From a virus, in the IMG/VR virus record IMGVR_UViG_3300037245_001167, positions 7,101-71,100 of that record: a stretch of DNA of 64,000 nucleotides; one strand, 5' to 3'. This document shows, piece by piece, positions 60,393 through 64,000 of this stretch. Numbering within the stretch: position 1 is the stretch's first letter; each line of letters starts with the position of its first letter. The notes below the pieces were generated by a model, which was not told where the DNA came from, did not search any database, and saw only the letters and a list, made by a program, of their open reading frames with translations. A program made the translations under genes and the position numbers.

Positions 60393-60725
60393 ATGGACAA
60401 TGCAAGCGAAGGAACGCCGGAAGTTGACAGAGATGTCAGAGTAGACGAGGCTTGGAAGGCCAATCTGAAGCGTACTTACGACGAGATGCAGCAAGAGAGT
60501 CTTGAGACTATCCGCACTTGCCGGATTCAGCAGGCCAGCATACAGGCTGTTGTTACACAGGCTCTTGCCAACATGGCTGAGAACGCCAATCTCGCTGCCA
60601 AGCGATGTCTTGACCACTGGGACAAGGCGGATATTTTAAGCAACAATGTTGTTGGTGTTGTTTGTGATGCGTCCGTTGACCAGTCGCCTCCTGACGAAGG
60701 AGTCCGGCAAGCAAAGACGGAATAG
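60393..60725 (+). CDS. Hypothetical helical protein
   Basis: RBS aagga; EAWKANLKRTYD. Confidence 0.5.
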   Translation: MDNASEGTPEVDRDVRVDEAWKANLKRTYDEMQQESLETIRTCRIQQASIQAVVTQALANMAENANLAAKRCLDHWDKADILSNNVVGVVCDASVDQSPPDEGVRQAKTE

Positions 60726-61495
60726 GGACTTAACCCCGTAGGGGCAATGGAAAAGCATAGCAAGAGGCATTAAATGGGCAAGAAAAGTAAAGGTTTTTAT
60801 AAAGACTATCCGAACCGCAAAGACAGGCGAGCTTCATATCCGAGGAACTCAGCGAGAGGTGTTGACCCGTCATGCAGGCCTGGTGGTAATTGTTATGTGT
60901 GTTTAGGCAATCGGAATCACAGCAATGAATTACGGCGTATTTCTGCCGATGAGCAATTAGCCGAGGTAGTCAAACAATGAAGATAGGCCCAATTACAATC
61001 AGATGGACTAAGGACAAGCACAAGGACAGACTGTATGATTTTGAAGGCAGATGCGAAGTATGCTGTAAGGAATTGAATATAAATCTTAGAAGACTCTCTG
61101 ACCGAGGGCTACACTTAACCCCTGTTGAGTGCACCGAACATCCGGGCAAATCTCATATTTTATGGCCACAAAGGGACGATATTGAGGTAATCAATCCATG
61201 ACAATATGGCCTATCACAATCCGCTGGACTAAGGACGTCAAGGCAGAGCAAGCCAAGGCACAAAGGATAGACCTACGCCAGAACAGGTGCATCGCAGGCC
61301 AGTACCACGACATACAGGCACTGCGGAAGACTGTAGAGAGGTGGAGGCCATTGATTGCTGCCTTGGACAGTCATCGAGTGGCCAAGATGCCCAAGGGATA
61401 GGATTTTGGAAGACAGTTAGGGGCAATGAAAAAGAATAACCAGTAGGGTATTTATGAGGTAGTCAAGTAAAGCAGAAAAAAGGAGAAAGTAAAAA

Positions 61496-62041
61496 ATGGC
61501 AGATGAAAGCGAAAAGACTCTCAGGGACCGAGGCATGATTCTTTTGTGTGGCAAGGTCGATGATGTGAATATTAAAAATACAGCAATGGATTTACTTTCA
61601 GTAGATTGCAAATTGGAGGCCGATTACGACCATATAGATTTGATTATAAACTCTCCTGGGGGGGCTTGTGATTATGGTTTTATGTTAGTTGATATTATTG
61701 ACTTATGCAGAAGGCCAGTACACATAACAGGGCTTGGAACATGTGCGTCGATGGGTTTTATAATCCTTTGTTCTGGTGAAAAGGGACATCGAAAAATAAC
61801 GAAGAATACAGCACTACTTTGCCATCAGTTTTCATGGAGTTTCAAAGGCAAAAGGCATGAGTTAGTTTCCCAGCGTAGGGAAGAGGAACTTTTGCATCAA
61901 CGGTTTATATCGCATTTGGTAAAGCATACAAAACTCAATAAGAAGGATGTTGAAAAGATTCTGTTGCCGGAAACTGATGTATGGTTATCACCAGAGCAGG
62001 CAGTCGAATATGGCATTGTCGATGAGATAATAAAGAATTAA
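61496..62041 (+). CDS. clpP: ClpP-family protease subunit
   Basis: IINSPGG, G.CASMG (Ser), HQ, D.WLSPEQAVEYGIVDEI. Confidence 0.9.
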   Translation: MADESEKTLRDRGMILLCGKVDDVNIKNTAMDLLSVDCKLEADYDHIDLIINSPGGACDYGFMLVDIIDLCRRPVHITGLGTCASMGFIILCSGEKGHRKITKNTALLCHQFSWSFKGKRHELVSQRREEELLHQRFISHLVKHTKLNKKDVEKILLPETDVWLSPEQAVEYGIVDEIIKN

Positions 62042-62199
62042 GGTATAATAATGAGAAATTGGCTATGTATAAGGTGTTGGGATACAGGTAAGATCGGAAT
62101 ATTCAAGAAAAGAAAATGTCCTAAATGTGGCGGGAACCCTAAAAGCCTATTGCCGCCAAAGCCTGAAATAAAAGTGGTGGGGCAAGGGGTAGTTAAGTA

Positions 62200-62526
62200 A
62201 TGCCAACAGCAGCCCCAACACACACACTGAAGCGAACACAGTTCAGGCGGCACAATAGTAGTATAAGGCCGTCTGCTTGTGCAAGAGGCTATGGCGGCAG
62301 GGCGTGGTATCGCAAGCGGCGGGCAACCTTCATCCGCGATAACTACACATGCCAGAGCTGCTGGCAGTTATGTATCGAGGGCTGTGAGGACAAGAGGCGA
62401 CGGCCACACTGTGACCATATCATCTCTAAAGAACAAGGCGGCAGCGACCTGCCCAGCAACCTCCAGACGTTGTGCGGTAGCTGTCATGGAAGGAAGACGA
62501 GGATGGAAGGCTTAAATGGTAGATAA
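62200..62526 (+). CDS. Terminase-associated HNH endonuclease
   Basis: RGYG..W..R...RDNY.CQ.C, DHI..K..GG.D..NLQ.LC..CH..KT. Confidence 0.9.
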   Translation: MPTAAPTHTLKRTQFRRHNSSIRPSACARGYGGRAWYRKRRATFIRDNYTCQSCWQLCIEGCEDKRRRPHCDHIISKEQGGSDLPSNLQTLCGSCHGRKTRMEGLNGR

Positions 62527-63400
62527 TATGTTTAGTTTATTGAATGTTCTTGAGCACAAAGGTGAACCGATAAAAATTATAGATGTTGGCGCTATGACGA
62601 TTGGCGACGAACCTTCTGATTATACTGTATTGCTGAAACCTGGTGTTGCTAAAGTCATCGGTTTCGAGCCTGACGAAGAAGAATGTCAGAAACTTAATCA
62701 ATTACACAACGATGATTGTTCGTTTCTCCCCTATGTTATTGGTGACGGTAGCAAACAAATCTTTAATTTGTGCAACCGTCTCGCGACATCTTCGCTCTAT
62801 GATCCCAATACAAACTTGCTGGAGAAATTTCAGTGTTTACCCGAATTAGCTCAGGTTATCAAACGCATTCCTGTATCCACTAAACGCCTGGATGATATCG
62901 ATGAGGTACAGAATGCTGATTACTTAAAGATAGATGTTCAAGGTGCCGAGGTTGATGTTTTTAATGGAGCGGAAAATTTATTGGCTGATATTATGATTAT
63001 CCATACTGAGGTGGAGTTTGTCCCTCTATATATCGGTCAGCCGCTGTTTGCCGAAGTGGATCAGATTCTGCGAAAACATGGATTTCTCTTTCATAAATTT
63101 TTCCGTGGCGCAATTCTTGGCCGAACTTTCAAACCGTTATTCGTTAATAATAATGTAGGTCAGATACACTGCCAACAGTCGACATATATCAGCCAGTCGC
63201 TTTGGTCGGATGCAATTTACGTTAAGAATTTTTTGCATTACGATCAGACGCCGCCGGAAAAACTTCTGAAATTAGCTATTATTCTGCACGAAGTTTACGG
63301 CTCTTATGATCTTGTTCATTACATATTAGTGGAGTACGACAAACAGACATCAGCTAAATATGCTGAACGGTACTTACGGTCAGTGAACTGGGAGATATAA
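62516..63400 (+). CDS. FkbM-family methyltransferase
   Basis: IIDVGA, GFEPD, SSLY.PN, DYLKIDVQGAE, EVEF.PLY.GQPLF. Confidence 0.88.
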   Translation: MVDNMFSLLNVLEHKGEPIKIIDVGAMTIGDEPSDYTVLLKPGVAKVIGFEPDEEECQKLNQLHNDDCSFLPYVIGDGSKQIFNLCNRLATSSLYDPNTNLLEKFQCLPELAQVIKRIPVSTKRLDDIDEVQNADYLKIDVQGAEVDVFNGAENLLADIMIIHTEVEFVPLYIGQPLFAEVDQILRKHGFLFHKFFRGAILGRTFKPLFVNNNVGQIHCQQSTYISQSLWSDAIYVKNFLHYDQTPPEKLLKLAIILHEVYGSYDLVHYILVEYDKQTSAKYAERYLRSVNWEI

Positions 63401-63428
63401 AGACACGGAACGAAAGGAAGGGAATAAT

Positions 63429-63887
63429 ATGAAATGTGATGGCTGTGGTAGATACGAGGGACCAGACGAGAAACTTATAACACTTTGTTCTAATTGTGAT
63501 GGCTCAAAGGCCGCCCTCTCCGCCGAAGCCGCATTAACCGAGAAGGCTATCGAATGTAAGCGTGAAGAATGTAAATGGTATAACGATGGATGGGCATGGG
63601 GAGAATGCCAAAGACATGCTCCTATTGCTGTTCCTAATCCTGAGTATGAGGGATATAAAGGATGTGGTACAAAGCCTATTATTCTAACTGAATACCCTGT
63701 TGCACTATGCCCTTGTGGCGATAAAGAAGGAGCAAGTTCGACCTTGGAACTACAAGACGACAATATGCGATTAAGAAAAGCTTTAATAGATATAGTTACT
63801 GTCTTTGAAAAGGAAAGAAAGCTTACAGAGAATGACAGCGGACTTATCATTAAAGCGTCCCATGCTATCGAGGGAATTGTGCTATGA
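63429..63887 (+). CDS. Cys-rich hypothetical protein
   Basis: RBS ggaaggga; multiple CxxC motifs. Confidence 0.5.
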   Translation: MKCDGCGRYEGPDEKLITLCSNCDGSKAALSAEAALTEKAIECKREECKWYNDGWAWGECQRHAPIAVPNPEYEGYKGCGTKPIILTEYPVALCPCGDKEGASSTLELQDDNMRLRKALIDIVTVFEKERKLTENDSGLIIKASHAIEGIVL

Positions 63888-64000
63888 TTACTCAAACAAA
63901 CAGATATAACAGCTTAGACAGGCAGCAGGGCATCAAGGATGGGGTGTGGGGGTGCTGGGGAGGGGGACATCAAATGATAGAGAGTGACATCCACAGAGAC

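Overview
The window is about 64 kb of a tailed dsDNA phage or prophage genome with HK97-fold capsid and siphovirus-type tail, running from inside the major capsid gene to just past the terminase-associated HNH gene. Terminase, portal and prohead protease probably lie outside it. Order: capsid; about 15.5 kb inserted between the capsid and head-tail connector genes, encoding six glycosyltransferase-like and five methyltransferase-like domains plus a 1365-aa virion-type protein with about 720 residues of Ser/His repeats; neck and tail genes, with a -1 frameshifted tail chaperone and two tail-tip proteins carrying the same Ser/His C-terminal tag; SpeD and DUF3326; a direct-repeat-flanked early module with a consensus promoter and a type II hammerhead ribozyme; a recombination/nin region; two DNA methyltransferases each with a homing endonuclease inserted at a gene end; a minus-strand block of small genes; ClpP, HNH and a further FkbM methyltransferase. 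The main candidate for a new system is a phage-encoded serine-rich-repeat virion glycosylation (glycan coat) module. All protein calls come from motif recognition and gene context, with no database searches.
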